63,867 nucleotides of DNA, filler included, from Chiloscyllium plagiosum (GCF_004010195.1; 3 parts of one record of this genome joined end to end with filler, not necessarily neighbours in it); one strand, 5' to 3'; shown: positions 38,000-49,524, numbered from the whole stretch's first letter. Made by a program: numbers and translations. Notes: generated by a model from the letters alone, not told the origin.

Positions 38000-38499
38000 N
38001 NNNNNNNNNNNNNNNNNNNNNNNNNNNNNNNNNNNNNNNNNNNNNNNNNNNNNNNNNNNNNNNNNNNNNNNNNNNNNNNNNNNNNNNNNNNNNNNNNNNN
38101 NNNNNNNNNNNNNNNNNNNNNNNNNNNNNNNNNNNNNNNNNNNNNNNNNNNNNNNNNNNNNNNNNNNNNNNNNNNNNNNNNNNNNNNNNNNNNNNNNNNN
38201 NNNNNNNNNNNNNNNNNNNNNNNNNNNNNNNNNNNNNNNNNNNNNNNNNNNNNNNNNNNNNNNNNNNNNNNNNNNNNNNNNNNNNNNNNNNNNNNNNNNN
38301 NNNNNNNNNNNNNNNNNNNNNNNNNNNNNNNNNNNNNNNNNNNNNNNNNNNNNNNNNNNNNNNNNNNNNNNNNNNNNNNNNNNNNNNNNNNNNNNNNNNN
38401 NNNNNNNNNNNNNNNNNNNNNNNNNNNNNNNNNNNNNNNNNNNNNNNNNNNNNNNNNNNNNNNNNNNNNNNNNNNNNNNNNNNNNNNNNNNNNNNNNNN
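38000..38499. other. Assembly gap (500 N); further gaps at 42281-42900, 54469-54998, 58089-58588 and 60976-61168
   Basis: Runs of N. Confidence 0.99.
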
Positions 38500-39047
38500 T
38501 TATTGCTCGAACACTTGTTTCAGATCGGTTCAAGTGGAGACCGTCCCATCAGTACCATCCCGGTTCCAATGCCCCATGAAATGGAATCCCTCTTTCCCGC
38601 ACCAATCCCTTAACTATGTGTTTACTTCCCTAACTTTCTTATCCCTATGCCAATTGGCACGTGGCTCGAGCAGTAATTAGAGATTATGAGTCTTGAGGAC
38701 CTGTTCCTTAATTTCCTTCCTAGTGCTTGATACTCCCCAAATAGGTCCTCCACCCTAGCCTTGCCTATGTTGTTAGTGCCAACGTGGATCACAACTGGAT
38801 CTTCCCCTTCCCGTTCCAATATCCTTTCAAGCCGGTCAGAGATGTCCTGCACCCTCGCACTGGGCAGGCAACACACCATGTGGGACTCCCAAACCAGCTC
38901 TCATAGGATACTATCTGTCCCCCTAATTATAGAATTCCCTATAACAACTACTTGTCTTTTTCCTCCCCCCTCTTGAATGGCCTTCTGCACCATGGTGCCG
39001 TGGTCAGCTGGCTCATCCTGTCCACAGACCTTTTCCTCATCCATACT
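38500..39047 (-). mobile_element. CR1 ORF1 (SGNH esterase) fragment
   Basis: MVCCLPSARVQDISDRLERILEREGEDPVVIHVGTNNIG..; WDGLHLN at about 38528-38548. Same family as 24380-25270. Confidence 0.9.
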
Positions 39048-40062
39048 TTGGGAGAGGTAGGTCATGCCTCACAAATCTTATTAAGTTGTTTGAGGAGGTG
39101 TCAAGACAGGTCGACGACGGTCGAGCAGTGGATGTGGTGTATATGGATTTCAGCAAGGCATTTGATAGGGTTCTCCACAGTCGGCTCATTCATAAAGTCA
39201 GTAAGTATGGGATACAGGGAGATTTGGCTATCTGGATTCAGAATTGGCTGGCTGGCTGGCAGAAGGCAGAGCTTGATTGTAGATGGAAAGTATTCTGCCT
39301 GGAGGTCAGTGTTGAGTGGGTTCCCGCAGGGCTCTGTTTTTGGGCCTCTGTTCTTTGGTGTAATAACCTCGCTGAAGGTCTTGTTCAGAAAGATCTCGTT
39401 CTCTTGGATGAGCCTAAGGTCCTCGAGTTCTTTCATCAGCGCTGCAATATGCTCTGTCAATAGCATCCGAGAAACAGGAGAAGGGCTTATGCCCGAAACG
39501 TCGATTCTCCTGCTCCTCTGATGCTGCCTGACCTGCTGTGTTTTTCCAGCACCACATTTTTCAACTCTGGTACTCCAGCATCTGCAGTCCTCACTTTTTC
39601 CATAGATGGGAGGATGGCTTCCATGTTGGATTGGGCTGTGCACACAATCTTCTGCAGTTTCTTATGGTCCTGGGCAGAGCAGTTGCCGTATCAGGCTGTT
39701 ATGTTCCCAGATAGAATGCTTTCTGTGGTGTATCTGTAAACGTTGGTGAGGGTCATTATGGGTACCATTAAGTGTATAAGTCCTGCCCTGATTTGCCTTT
39801 CCAAAATGCAGCATCTCACATTTATCTGAATTCAATTCCACCTGCCACTCCTCAACCCATTGGCCCACCTGATCAAGATCTTGTTGTACTCTGAGGTAAC
39901 CTTTTTTGCTGTCCACTACACGTCTAATTTTAGTGTCATCTGCAAACTTACTAGCCATCCCTCCTATATTCACATCCAAATCATTTATATAAATGATGAA
40001 AAGCAATGAACCCTGCACCGAACCTTGTGGCATACCACTGATCACAGACCTCCAGTCTGAAA
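39048..40062. mobile_element. Mosaic of fragments: CR1 RT (+, 39048-39360), CR1 ORF1 zipper (-, 39360-39465), Penelope terminus (39465-39600), Rex1-like (-, 39600-39762), CR1 RT (-, 39762-40062)
   Basis: DVVYMDFSKAFD; EHIAALMKELEDLRLIQENE; gcccgaaacgtcgattctcc; similarity to 57470-57630; PQGS.QG..FADDT. Confidence 0.75.
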
Positions 40063-40459
40063 AGCCAGAGATCACAGCCTCTATCACTCTCTGCACACTA
40101 CCCTCAAGGGGCTGTGCGAGGGAAGAGATTTGTGCACATCCTTGTGGAAATTGTGGAAAGTGTTTTTGCAAAGAACGTCTGCAGAGTGATGGAGTAGTTT
40201 CTGTTGAGGCCCATTGTAAATCATCATGATTTTATTGTAACCCCTGGAATTTCAGTGCTGGGGATTTAACTATGGTAATGTCATGAGCTAGTGACTACAC
40301 TCTTTCTTGTTGGGAATAGTTATTACAGACAGCAGATTTGTTCTTTGGCACTTAATAGAACTGATCAGAGAGGTGGTTGCGTGTTCAAGGACTTCGGAGA
40401 AGAAAGGGAGGTTGCTGAAGAGATGGTAATTTGCATGGATGGAATCTGAAGCAGGCAGG

Positions 40460-41270
40460 ACGTGAACTTCACATTCCTGGGGAGGCTATAGCTGCTTGAG
40501 CGTAAACATTGGTGCATTTAGCAGAGTGGCTGTGCTGAATGGAGCCTGTTGTGTGTGTAATGTGCGTGTGTGAGCCAAAAGGCTTTTGGCAGGAGCAATG
40601 AGGGGCTGAGACAGAGAAGCAGCATTCAGACAGCTGGCTTCCTGTGAGCCAGGAATGTTGAGCTGGCAAGCAATGAATGTGAGTGGGAGTGGGAGTGGGA
40701 ATGGGAATGGGAGTGGGAATGGGAATGGCAATGGGAGGCGGCCGAGGCCCAGAGCCGGGGTTGGTGCTGGACAGGAACGCGCTGCTCCACATTTTGATTC
40801 GGTTCCGATTTGTTTAAACGGATCCTGAAGTCCGGCCGCAGCTTCAAACAGAAACTGGCCAAAGGGGAGTTAAACCCGGAGGGTCCGAGGGCGGGGTCCG
40901 AGTGGCAGGGTCCGGGGTCAGGGTCCGAGGGCAGGGTCCAGGGTCCGAGTGACAGGGGCAGGGGGCAGGGTCCAGGGTCCGAGTGACAGGGTCCGGGGTC
41001 AGGGTCGTCCGAGGGGCAGGGTCCAGGGTCCGGGGGCAGGGTCCAGGGTCCGAGGGCAGGGTCCGGGGTCCGAGGGGCAGGGTCCAGGGTCCGAGTGACA
41101 GGGTCCGGGGGCAGGGTCCCGGGTCTGGGCGAGGAGCCGGAGGGGGACGGAAGGTCCAGGCACGGGGGTCTCCTCTGGGGAAGCAGCTGGAATGGAGGAG
41201 AGAATCCGGATCCTGGAGGATCTAAACCTGATTTACATTCGCCAGATCGCTCTGAGTCTCCAGGTAAGAA
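40460..41270 (+). promoter_or_regulatory. GC/CpG-rich island ending in a consensus splice donor; candidate alternative promoter or first exon
   Basis: Locally high GC and CpG, not recognisably transposon-derived; CCAG|GTAAGA at 41263/41264. Confidence 0.4.
40880..41130. repeat. Degenerate GGGTCC(GA)/GGGCA G-rich repeat
   Basis: Directly visible. Confidence 0.9.
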
Positions 41271-41329
41271 GTTGTTGATAAACTTGATGGTGAAATCCCA
41301 AATCCTGGGGAATATGTGGGTAAAACCAG

Positions 41330-42045
41330 GACTGGGATCCAGTAGAGCCAGGGATCCACCATAAAGACCTGGGACAGACACTAGGAACAGGGAATGGAGG
41401 TAGAGACAGGAATGGAAACATGAACTGGGAAAGGGGACTGGGACCAGGAACAAGAATAGGGAAAGGGACCGGGAACAGGAATAGGGATGGGAAACAGGAA
41501 CAGGGATAGAGATGGGAACTGGGAACAGGGACCAGGAACAGGAATAGAGATAGGGACCTGGACCAGGGATATGAATGGGAAATGAAAACAGGGATAGGGA
41601 TGGGGACTGGGAACATGGACCAGGAAAGGGGATAACGACCAGGGATAGGGATAGGAACCGGAACCAGGGATAGGAATAAGGACTGGGAACAGGGATAGGG
41701 ATAGGGACTGGGGATCGGGAGAAGGACCGGGGATAGGGATGGGGATGGGAACAGGGTCAGGGATTGGGACTGGGTCCAGAAATGAGGACAGGCACTGGGA
41801 ACAGGGATAGTGATAGGGACCAGGGATAAGGATAGGGACCGGACCAGGAATATGGATGGGGACTGAGAACCAGGGAATGGGAACAGGGACCGGGAATGGT
41901 GATGGGGATAGGGACCAGGAACAGGTACAAGGGAATAGGGACCAGGAACAGGGACTGAGAGTGGGAAAAGGGACAGGGAATGGGGATAGGGACCGGCAAC
42001 AGGAATGAAGACAGGGACCAGGAACAGGAACAGGAAATAGGAATC
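41330..42045. repeat. Degenerate purine-rich hexamer satellite (GGGACC/GGGATA/GGAACA/GGGACT)n
   Basis: Directly visible; strong strand asymmetry. Confidence 0.9.
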
Positions 42046-42087
42046 AGTGATATAGATAGAAAGAGGTTCCGTTGATGGAATATGAGT

Positions 42088-43232
42088 TAGAACATAGAAA
42101 AATATAGCGCAGTACAGGCCCTTTGGCCCTCGATGTTGCGCCGATCCAAGCCCACCTAACCTACACTAGCCCACTATCCTCCATATGCCTATCCAATGCC
42201 TGCTTAAATGCCCATAAAGAGGGAGAGACCACCACTGCTACTGGCAGGGCATTCCACGAACTCACGACTCGCTGAGTAAANNNNNNNNNNNNNNNNNNNN
42301 NNNNNNNNNNNNNNNNNNNNNNNNNNNNNNNNNNNNNNNNNNNNNNNNNNNNNNNNNNNNNNNNNNNNNNNNNNNNNNNNNNNNNNNNNNNNNNNNNNNN
42401 NNNNNNNNNNNNNNNNNNNNNNNNNNNNNNNNNNNNNNNNNNNNNNNNNNNNNNNNNNNNNNNNNNNNNNNNNNNNNNNNNNNNNNNNNNNNNNNNNNNN
42501 NNNNNNNNNNNNNNNNNNNNNNNNNNNNNNNNNNNNNNNNNNNNNNNNNNNNNNNNNNNNNNNNNNNNNNNNNNNNNNNNNNNNNNNNNNNNNNNNNNNN
42601 NNNNNNNNNNNNNNNNNNNNNNNNNNNNNNNNNNNNNNNNNNNNNNNNNNNNNNNNNNNNNNNNNNNNNNNNNNNNNNNNNNNNNNNNNNNNNNNNNNNN
42701 NNNNNNNNNNNNNNNNNNNNNNNNNNNNNNNNNNNNNNNNNNNNNNNNNNNNNNNNNNNNNNNNNNNNNNNNNNNNNNNNNNNNNNNNNNNNNNNNNNNN
42801 NNNNNNNNNNNNNNNNNNNNNNNNNNNNNNNNNNNNNNNNNNNNNNNNNNNNNNNNNNNNNNNNNNNNNNNNNNNNNNNNNNNNNNNNNNNNNNNNNNNN
42901 ATCCAAACCTCCAACTCACCCTCAGTGCCATATCTCCGTATTTTCTGCAGTAGTCTACCATGGGGAACCTTATCAAACGCCTTACTAAAATCCATATATA
43001 CCACATCTACCGCTTTCCCCTCATCAACCTCCTTCGTCACCTTTTCAAAGAATTCAATAAGGTTTGTGAGGCACGACCTGCCCTTCACAAAACCATGCTG
43101 ACTATCCTTGATCACATTATTCCTATCCAGATGTTCATAAATCCTATCCCTTACAATTCTCTCTAAGACTTTGCCCACAGCAGAAGTGAGACTCACCGGC
43201 CGATAGTTACTAGGGTTATCCTTACTCCCTTT
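42088..43232 (-). mobile_element. Young CR1 copy (RT to 3' end) spanning a gap
   Basis: [45 protein letters not shown]; 3' end nearly identical to 44485-44680 and 51655-51840. Confidence 0.92.
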
Positions 43233-43522
43233 GTTGTTGAGAGCTTTCTAAAAAAAGTCGAACCATAAAGGTATAAATCTCTGGATTATGACCTAAGACA
43301 TGAGTTAACTGGCACAGGGTTAACAAGATAAAGGAGATAACGGCTGTCTTAATGATGGCGGAGAAATTGGTTGGAATTTGGTAGACATTGGCACCATTAT
43401 TTGGGAAGGGGCTAGTTTGTGGGAGTGGGGGGAGCCGTCAGTTGCATGGAAAATTGGAAAATCGTAGATAAAAGAAAAGGTAGCAGCGTAGATTAGTAAT
43501 GGGCTAGTTGTTACCAGAAAAC

Positions 43523-43840
43523 GGGCGGCACGATGGCACAGTGGTTAGCACTGCTGCCTCACAGCGCTAGAGACCCAGGTTCAGTTCCCACCTCAGGCAA
43601 CTGTCTGTGTGGAGTTTGCACATTCTCCCCGTGTCTGCGTGGGTTTGCTCCGGTTTCCTCCCACAGATGTACAGGTTAGGGTGAATTGGCCATGCTAAAT
43701 TGCCTGTAGTGTTCGGTGCATTAGTCAGGGGTAAATGTAGGGGAATGGGTCTGGATGGGTTGCTCTTCGGAGGATCAGTGTGGACTTGTTGGGCTGAAGG
43801 CCCTGTTTCCACGCTGTAATTAATCTTAATCTAATCTAAT
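43523..43840 (+). mobile_element. HE1-type tRNA-derived SINE, full length
   Basis: GGGCGGCACGATGGCACAGTGGTTAGCACTGCTGCCTCACAGCGCTAGAGACCCAGGTTCAGTTCCC head, GTGGAGTTTGCACATTCTCCCC core, (TCTAA)n tail. Confidence 0.93.
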
Positions 43841-44002
43841 AAAAAGGGACAGAATCTGTACATGTTGAACTTCCCTTGATTGGAAGGAATATTGACTGGA
43901 ACCTCCTTAGCGCAAATAGTTTGTATGGAGCAGCTTTTGTCAGGTGTGACCAGGAATGATTCCTGACTCAGTATGGAGATAGGCTGACTGGGGATAGGCC
44001 AT

Positions 44003-44038
44003 ATTCCTGATGAAGGGCTTCTGCCCGAAACGTCGATT
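44003..44038 (+). ncRNA. Minimal hammerhead ribozyme motif; best-preserved copy, within Penelope terminal fragment 44002-44131
   Basis: AUUC-CUGAUGA-A-GGGC[UUCU]GCCC-GAAA-CGUC-GAUU; palindromic ACGU in place of stem III. Confidence 0.7.
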
Positions 44039-44483
44039 CTCCTGTTCTTTGGATGCTGCCTGACCTGCTGCGCTTTTCCAGCAACACATTTTCAGCTCTG
44101 ATCTCCAGCATCTGCAGTCCTCACTTTCTCCTAACAAGAGATGTGAAACATCTGGTCAAGAGGAAGAAGGAAGCTTAAGGTTGAGGAAGCGAGGATCAGA
44201 CAGGGCTTTACAGGGTTACAAAGAAGCCAGGAAGAAACTAAAAATTGACTTAGGAGAGCTAAAAGGTGGCATGAAAACGCCTTGATGAATAGGATTAAGG
44301 CGTAAGGCATACTACACTTCTGTGAGGAACAAGAGGATGTCCAGAGTGAGGTTAGGGTGATCAGGGATAGTGGAGGGAACTTGTGCCTGGAGTCGGAGGA
44401 TGTAGAGGAGGTCCTTAATGAATACTTTGTCTCAGTATTCATTACTCAGAGGGACATTGATGTTTCTGAGGACAATGTGAAAT

Positions 44484-45218
44484 AGAACATAGAAGAGTAC
44501 AGCGCAGTACAGGCCCTTCGGCCCTCGATGTTGCGCCGATCCAAGCCCACCTAACCTACACTAGCCCACTATCCTCCATATGCCTATCCAATGCCCGCTT
44601 AAATGCCCATAATGAGGGAGAGTCCACCACTGCTACTGGCAGGGCATTCCATGAACTCACGACTCGCTGAGTAAAGAACCTACCCCTAACATCTGTCCTA
44701 TACCTACCACCCCTTAATTTAAAGCTATGCCCCCTCGTAATAGCTGACTCCATACGTGGAAAAAGGTTCTCATGGTCAACCCTATCTAAACCCCTAATCA
44801 TCTTATACACCTCTATCAAGTCACCCCTAAACCTTCTTTTCTCCAATGAAAACAGCCCCAAGTGCCTCAGCCTTTCCTCATACGATCTTCCTACCATACC
44901 AGGCAACATCCTGGTAAACCTCCTCTGCACCTGTTCCAGTGCCTCCACATCATTCCTATAGTATGGCGACCAAAACTGCACACAATACTCCAGATGCGGC
45001 CGCACCAGAGTCTTATACAACTGCAACATGACCTCAGTACTCCGGAACTCAATTCCTCTACCAATAAAAGCCAGTACGCCATATGCCTTCTTCACCGCAC
45101 TATTTACCTGGGTGGCAACTTTCAAAGATCTGTGTACATGGACACCAAGATCCCTCTGCTCATCCACACTACCAAGTATCCGACAATTAGCCCAGTACCC
45201 CATCTTTTTGTTACTCTT
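44484..45218 (-). mobile_element. Young 5'-truncated CR1 with an uninterrupted C-terminal ORF
   Basis: Open frame GYWANCRILGSVDEQRDLG..ALDRHMEDSGLV*; TTCTATGTTCTA tail. Confidence 0.95.
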
Positions 45219-45583
45219 CAAATGGACTGATATGCTTAAACAGGTTGATGTAAAGAAGGCGGATGTGCAGTAAAGTTTGAAAATCATAAGGATAGATAAG
45301 TCCCCTGGACCAGACGAGACATACTGTGGGTTATTATGGGAAGTTGGGGAAGAGATTGCACTTTTTGGCAATGATCTTTACGTCCTCATGTCCACTGGAG
45401 TAGTACCAAATGATTGGACGGTGGCAAATGTTACTCCCTTGTTCAAGAAAGGGAATAGGGATAATCCTCGGAATTCCAGATGTCAGTGGTAGCTGAATTA
45501 TTGAAGAGAATTCTAAGAGACAGGATTCATGATTATTTAGAAGAGCATAGTTTGATTAGAGATAATCAGCATGACTTTGTGAG

Positions 45584-46091
45584 TTAAAAATCACACAACA
45601 CCAGGGGTTATAGTCCAACAGGTTTATTTGGAAGCATTGTCACCTGATGAAGAGTCAGCACCTTGAAAGCTACTAAATTAGATTCCCTACAGTGTGGAAA
45701 CAGGCCATTCAGCCCAACAAGTCCACACTGACCCTCTGAAGAGTATCCCACCCAGACCCATTTCCCTACATTTATCCCTGACTCATGCACCTAACTTACA
45801 CATCCCTGAACACAATGGGCAATTTAACATGGCCCATTCACCTAACCTGCACATCTTTGAATTGTGGAAAGCCCACACAGATATGGGGAGAATGTGCAAA
45901 TGTCCACACAAACAATCACCCAAGACTGGAATCGAACCCAGGACGCGAGATCTGTGAGGTAGCAGTGCTAAGCACTGAGCCACCATGCTGCCTCAATTGC
46001 TAGTGCTTCCAAATAAACCTATTGGGCTATAACCCGGTATTGTGCAATTTTTAACTTGGTCTACCCCAGTCCAGCACTAGCACCTCCAAAT
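45584..46091. mobile_element. Another Penelope-derived foldback family with 14-bp TSD, containing a nested SINE
   Basis: Arms gttaaaaatcacacaacacc..atttggaagca and tgcttccaaat..atttttaac; TSD CATGACTTTGTGAG at 45570-45583 and 46092-46105; CAC-CTGATGA..GAAA-GCTA-GTG motif. Confidence 0.82.
45677..45993 (-). mobile_element. HE1-type SINE
   Basis: Reverse complement of the SINE at 43523. Confidence 0.9.
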
Positions 46092-47211
46092 CATGACTTT
46101 GTGAGGGGCAGGTCATGCCTCACAAACCTTATTGAATTCTTTAAGGATGTGACAAAACAGGTTGGTGAAGGTAGCGCAGTGGATGTGGTATACATGGATT
46201 TTAGCAAAGCATTTGATAAGGTTCCCATGGTAGGCTTATTCAGAAAGTAAGGAAGCATGGGATACAGGGAAACCTGATACAGAATTGGCTGGCACATAGA
46301 AGACAGAGGGTGGTAATAGATGGAAAGTATTCAGCCTGGAGCTTGGTGACTATTGTTGTTCTGCAGGGATCTGTTCTGGGATCTCTGCTCTTTATGATTT
46401 TTATCAATGACTTGGATGAGGAAGTGGAAGGGTGGATTAGTAAGTTTACCAATGACATGAAGGTTGGTGGAGTGGTAGATAATGTGGAGGGCTGTTGTAG
46501 GTTGCAATGGGACATTGACAGGGCGCAGAACTGGGCTGAGAAGTGGCAGATGGAGTTCAACCTGGAAAAGTGTGAAGTGATTCATTTTGGAAGCTTGAAT
46601 TTGAATGCAGAATACAGGGTTAAAGGTAAGATTCTTGGCTGTGTGGAGGATCAGAGGGATCTTAGGGTTCATATCCATAGATCCCTCAAAGTTGCCAACC
46701 AAGTTGATAGGGTTGTTAAGAAGGTGTATGGTGTGTTGGCTTTCATTCACAGGGGGATTGAGTTTAAGAGCCGCGAGGTTTTGCTGCAGCTCTAAAGAGT
46801 CCTGGTTAGGCCACATTTGGAATATTGTGTTCAGTTCTGGCTGCTTCATTATAGCTAGGCTCTTCACATAGAGAGCCTTCTCACTTACATCCTCAACTGA
46901 CTACTTGAGATGATGATAACACAGTAAATGTTCAGTATTTGAGGGATATAATTTTGCCGGTTTATTGAGCGAGCTGGTTTATAGACTGTCTATTAAAATA
47001 AAGTTTGTTGTAACTCAACAAATAATCAAAGCATGTAAAAACAGTAGAGCAATTATTACAAATGGCTTTATACTTCATGTGGATTAGGTTAATCAAATGG
47101 GAAAGAGTAGCTACAACAAAGAATTTATAGAGTGCATTAGGGATAGTTTCCTAAAGCAATGTGGCATGGGGCCAACAAAGGAGCAGACAATATCAGATCT
47201 GATAATGAATG

Positions 47212-47428
47212 TAGGTAGTTCTTATATAAGGTGATGATTGCGTTCTTGTGCAACCCTGTGTTATAGAAAATCCCCCTCTAAAAGCAACCTTAAAGTGTTG
47301 ACAACATAATCATGTTACTGCCAACACACATTTTAAAAGTTTGTGCTTTAGAAACAGTGTCCCCAATTTGTCAATTGCATTATGGCAAATTCATGTGAAC
47401 GAAACATATGTTATGGCAGAACAACCTG
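47212..47428. mobile_element. MITE-like non-autonomous DNA transposon (about 217 bp) inserted in an old CR1 endonuclease
   Basis: Decayed TIRs taggtagttcttatataa and ttatggcagaacaacctg; the host CR1 resumes on both sides. Confidence 0.6.
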
Positions 47429-47749
47429 AAATGAGGCAGTTTAATAAATGATCTCGGATCCCCTGTGAAGTAATGATCATAATATGATAGAATTTAATCA
47501 GTTTGAGAGCGAGAAGCACAGGTTGGAAAGAACTGTGGTTAACTTAAAGAGAATTGCAATGAAATAAAGTGAATTGACCTGATAGCTTAGCAGGAATGAC
47601 AGTAAGCAAGCAGTGACAGGTACTTAAGGAGGTAATTCATGACTCTCAACAAAAATACATGCCAAGAAGGAGGAAAGATTCTATGAGAGGGATAAACAAG
47701 CCATATCTAACCAAGGAAGTTCAGGAGCAAATTAAGTTGAAAGAGAAAG

Positions 47750-48640
47750 CACTAATGTCCTATACAGCCTCAACATGACCTCCCAACTCCTGTACTCAAT
47801 ATTCTGACCAATAAAGGAAAGCAGAACAAATGCCTTCTTCACTATCCTATCTACCTGTGACTCCACTTTCAAGGAGCTATGAACCTGCACTCCAAGGTCT
47901 CCTTGTTCAGCAACACTCCCTAGGACTTTACCATTAAGTGTATTAGTCCTGCTAAGATTTGCTTTCCCAAAATGCAGCATCTCACATTTGTCTGAATTAA
48001 ACTTCATCTGCCACTTCCCAGCCCATTGGCCCATCTGGTCAAGACCCTGTTGTAATCTGAGGTAACCCTCTTCGCTGTCCACTACACCTCCAATTTTGGT
48101 GTCATCTGCAAACTTACTAACTGTACCTCTTATGCTCACATCCAAATTATTTATATAAATGATGAAAAGTAGAGGATCCAGCACCGATCCTTGTGGCACT
48201 CCACTGGTCACAGACCTCCAGTCTGAAAAGCAACCCTCCACCACCACCCTCTGTCTTCTACCTTTGAGCCAGTTCTGTATCCAAATGGCTAGTTCTCCCT
48301 TTATTCCATGAGATCTAACCTTACTAACCAGTCTACCATGGGTAACCTTGTTGAACGCCTTACTGAAGTCCATACAGATCACATCTACTGCTCTGCCCCC
48401 ATCAATCTTCTTTGTTACTTCATCAAAAAACTCAATCAAGTTTGTGAGACATGATTTCCCACGCACAAAGCCATGTTGACTATCCCGAATCAGTTCTTGC
48501 CTTTCCAAATACACGTACATCCTGTCCCTCAAGATTCCCTCCAACAACTTGCCCACCACCAATGTCAGACTCACAGGTCTACAGTTCCCTGACTTGTCCT
48601 TACCACTCACGTGGGAACCTCTAGTCTTCTGGCACTTCAC
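47750..48640 (-). mobile_element. CR1 RT domain, largely open frame
   Basis: ORF 47732-48643: RPVSLT, QHGFVRGKSCLTNL, DFSKAF, PQGSVL, KFADDT. Confidence 0.95.
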
Positions 48641-49524
48641 CACGCAAATATAAACTGATCTATTTACCCTTCCCAGAAGTCCTTTGCTCGCTCCTCCCTC
48701 GCTGGCCTGAAGATAAGAAGTTTAAATATACTTACCGGCCTTCCCGACAATCACCTCACACCAATATCACCTCCTCCCGGCTCCCGCCTCTCACTGCTCC
48801 AAAGTATCCCCCTTAAATTTTCCACCTGTCACCATGTCATTAGTACTAGTATGGAGTACGAACTCTGACTGTTGACCCTCTCCCGTTGAGAATACCCTGT
48901 GTTATGTTCAGAGACATCCTTAACCCTGGCACAAGGGAGGAAGCATTTTGTGGTCAGGGTAATGCCTATCTGTGACCCGACTACACAGTCTACTGCTCAC
49001 CTGCACTTTGATACTCCCTGCTGTATAGCAGAACCAACTATTGTACCACGTTCTGGCTCCCATTGCCGCCATCCCCAACAGGCAGCCACCCCCTAACATG
49101 TTCCAAAACAGCAGACCCGTTACAGAATGGGATAGCTACAGGGCTCTCTTCCCCTGGCTGCCTACTGCTCCTGGTGATCACCCATAGATCTGCCTCAACT
49201 TTGGTTTGGTCACATCACCGAAACTCATATACATGACCTTTCCGCCACCTGCTTGCTTGTCAGGCAGTCTTCCTGCCGCTCCAGCCAATCCATGTGGTCT
49301 GAGAGGAGCTGCAGATATAGTTGTCAAGGATATAGGGAAATCTTACTGTAACTGTACAACGTGCTGGAGAGAGCACATCTGTGAGCAATTGGATCCCTTA
49401 TTTAAGGAAAGACAGTTCATTGGAGGCAATTCAGAGAAGGTTTACTCGGACCATCCATGGTATCGAAGGATTGTCTTGTGACAAAACGTATAACAGGTTG
49501 GGACTCTGCTCACTGGAGTTTACA

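Larger units (their letters stand above)
44135..46855 (+). mobile_element. CR1 ORF2 (tether, RT, 3' part) interrupted by a young CR1 (44484-45218) and a Penelope/SINE insert (45584-46091)
   Basis: [50 protein letters not shown], collinear across the inserts. Confidence 0.9.

Noticed and set aside
40120..40229. Zinc-finger-like peptide HPCGNCGKCFCKE
   Set aside because: No correctly spaced His pair, a single unit only, and the ORF begins in antisense CR1 sequence.
40626..41999. Pro-rich minus-strand ORFs
   Set aside because: Antisense translations of the G-rich repeats with no recognisable domain.
43523..43590. tRNA gene
   Set aside because: The A/B-box head continues into SINE body and tail and recurs in at least five copies, so it is a SINE.
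47732..48643. 303-aa RT ORF as a functional or domesticated gene
   Set aside because: A truncated CR1 fragment with no endonuclease or native start, similar to other decayed copies in the window.
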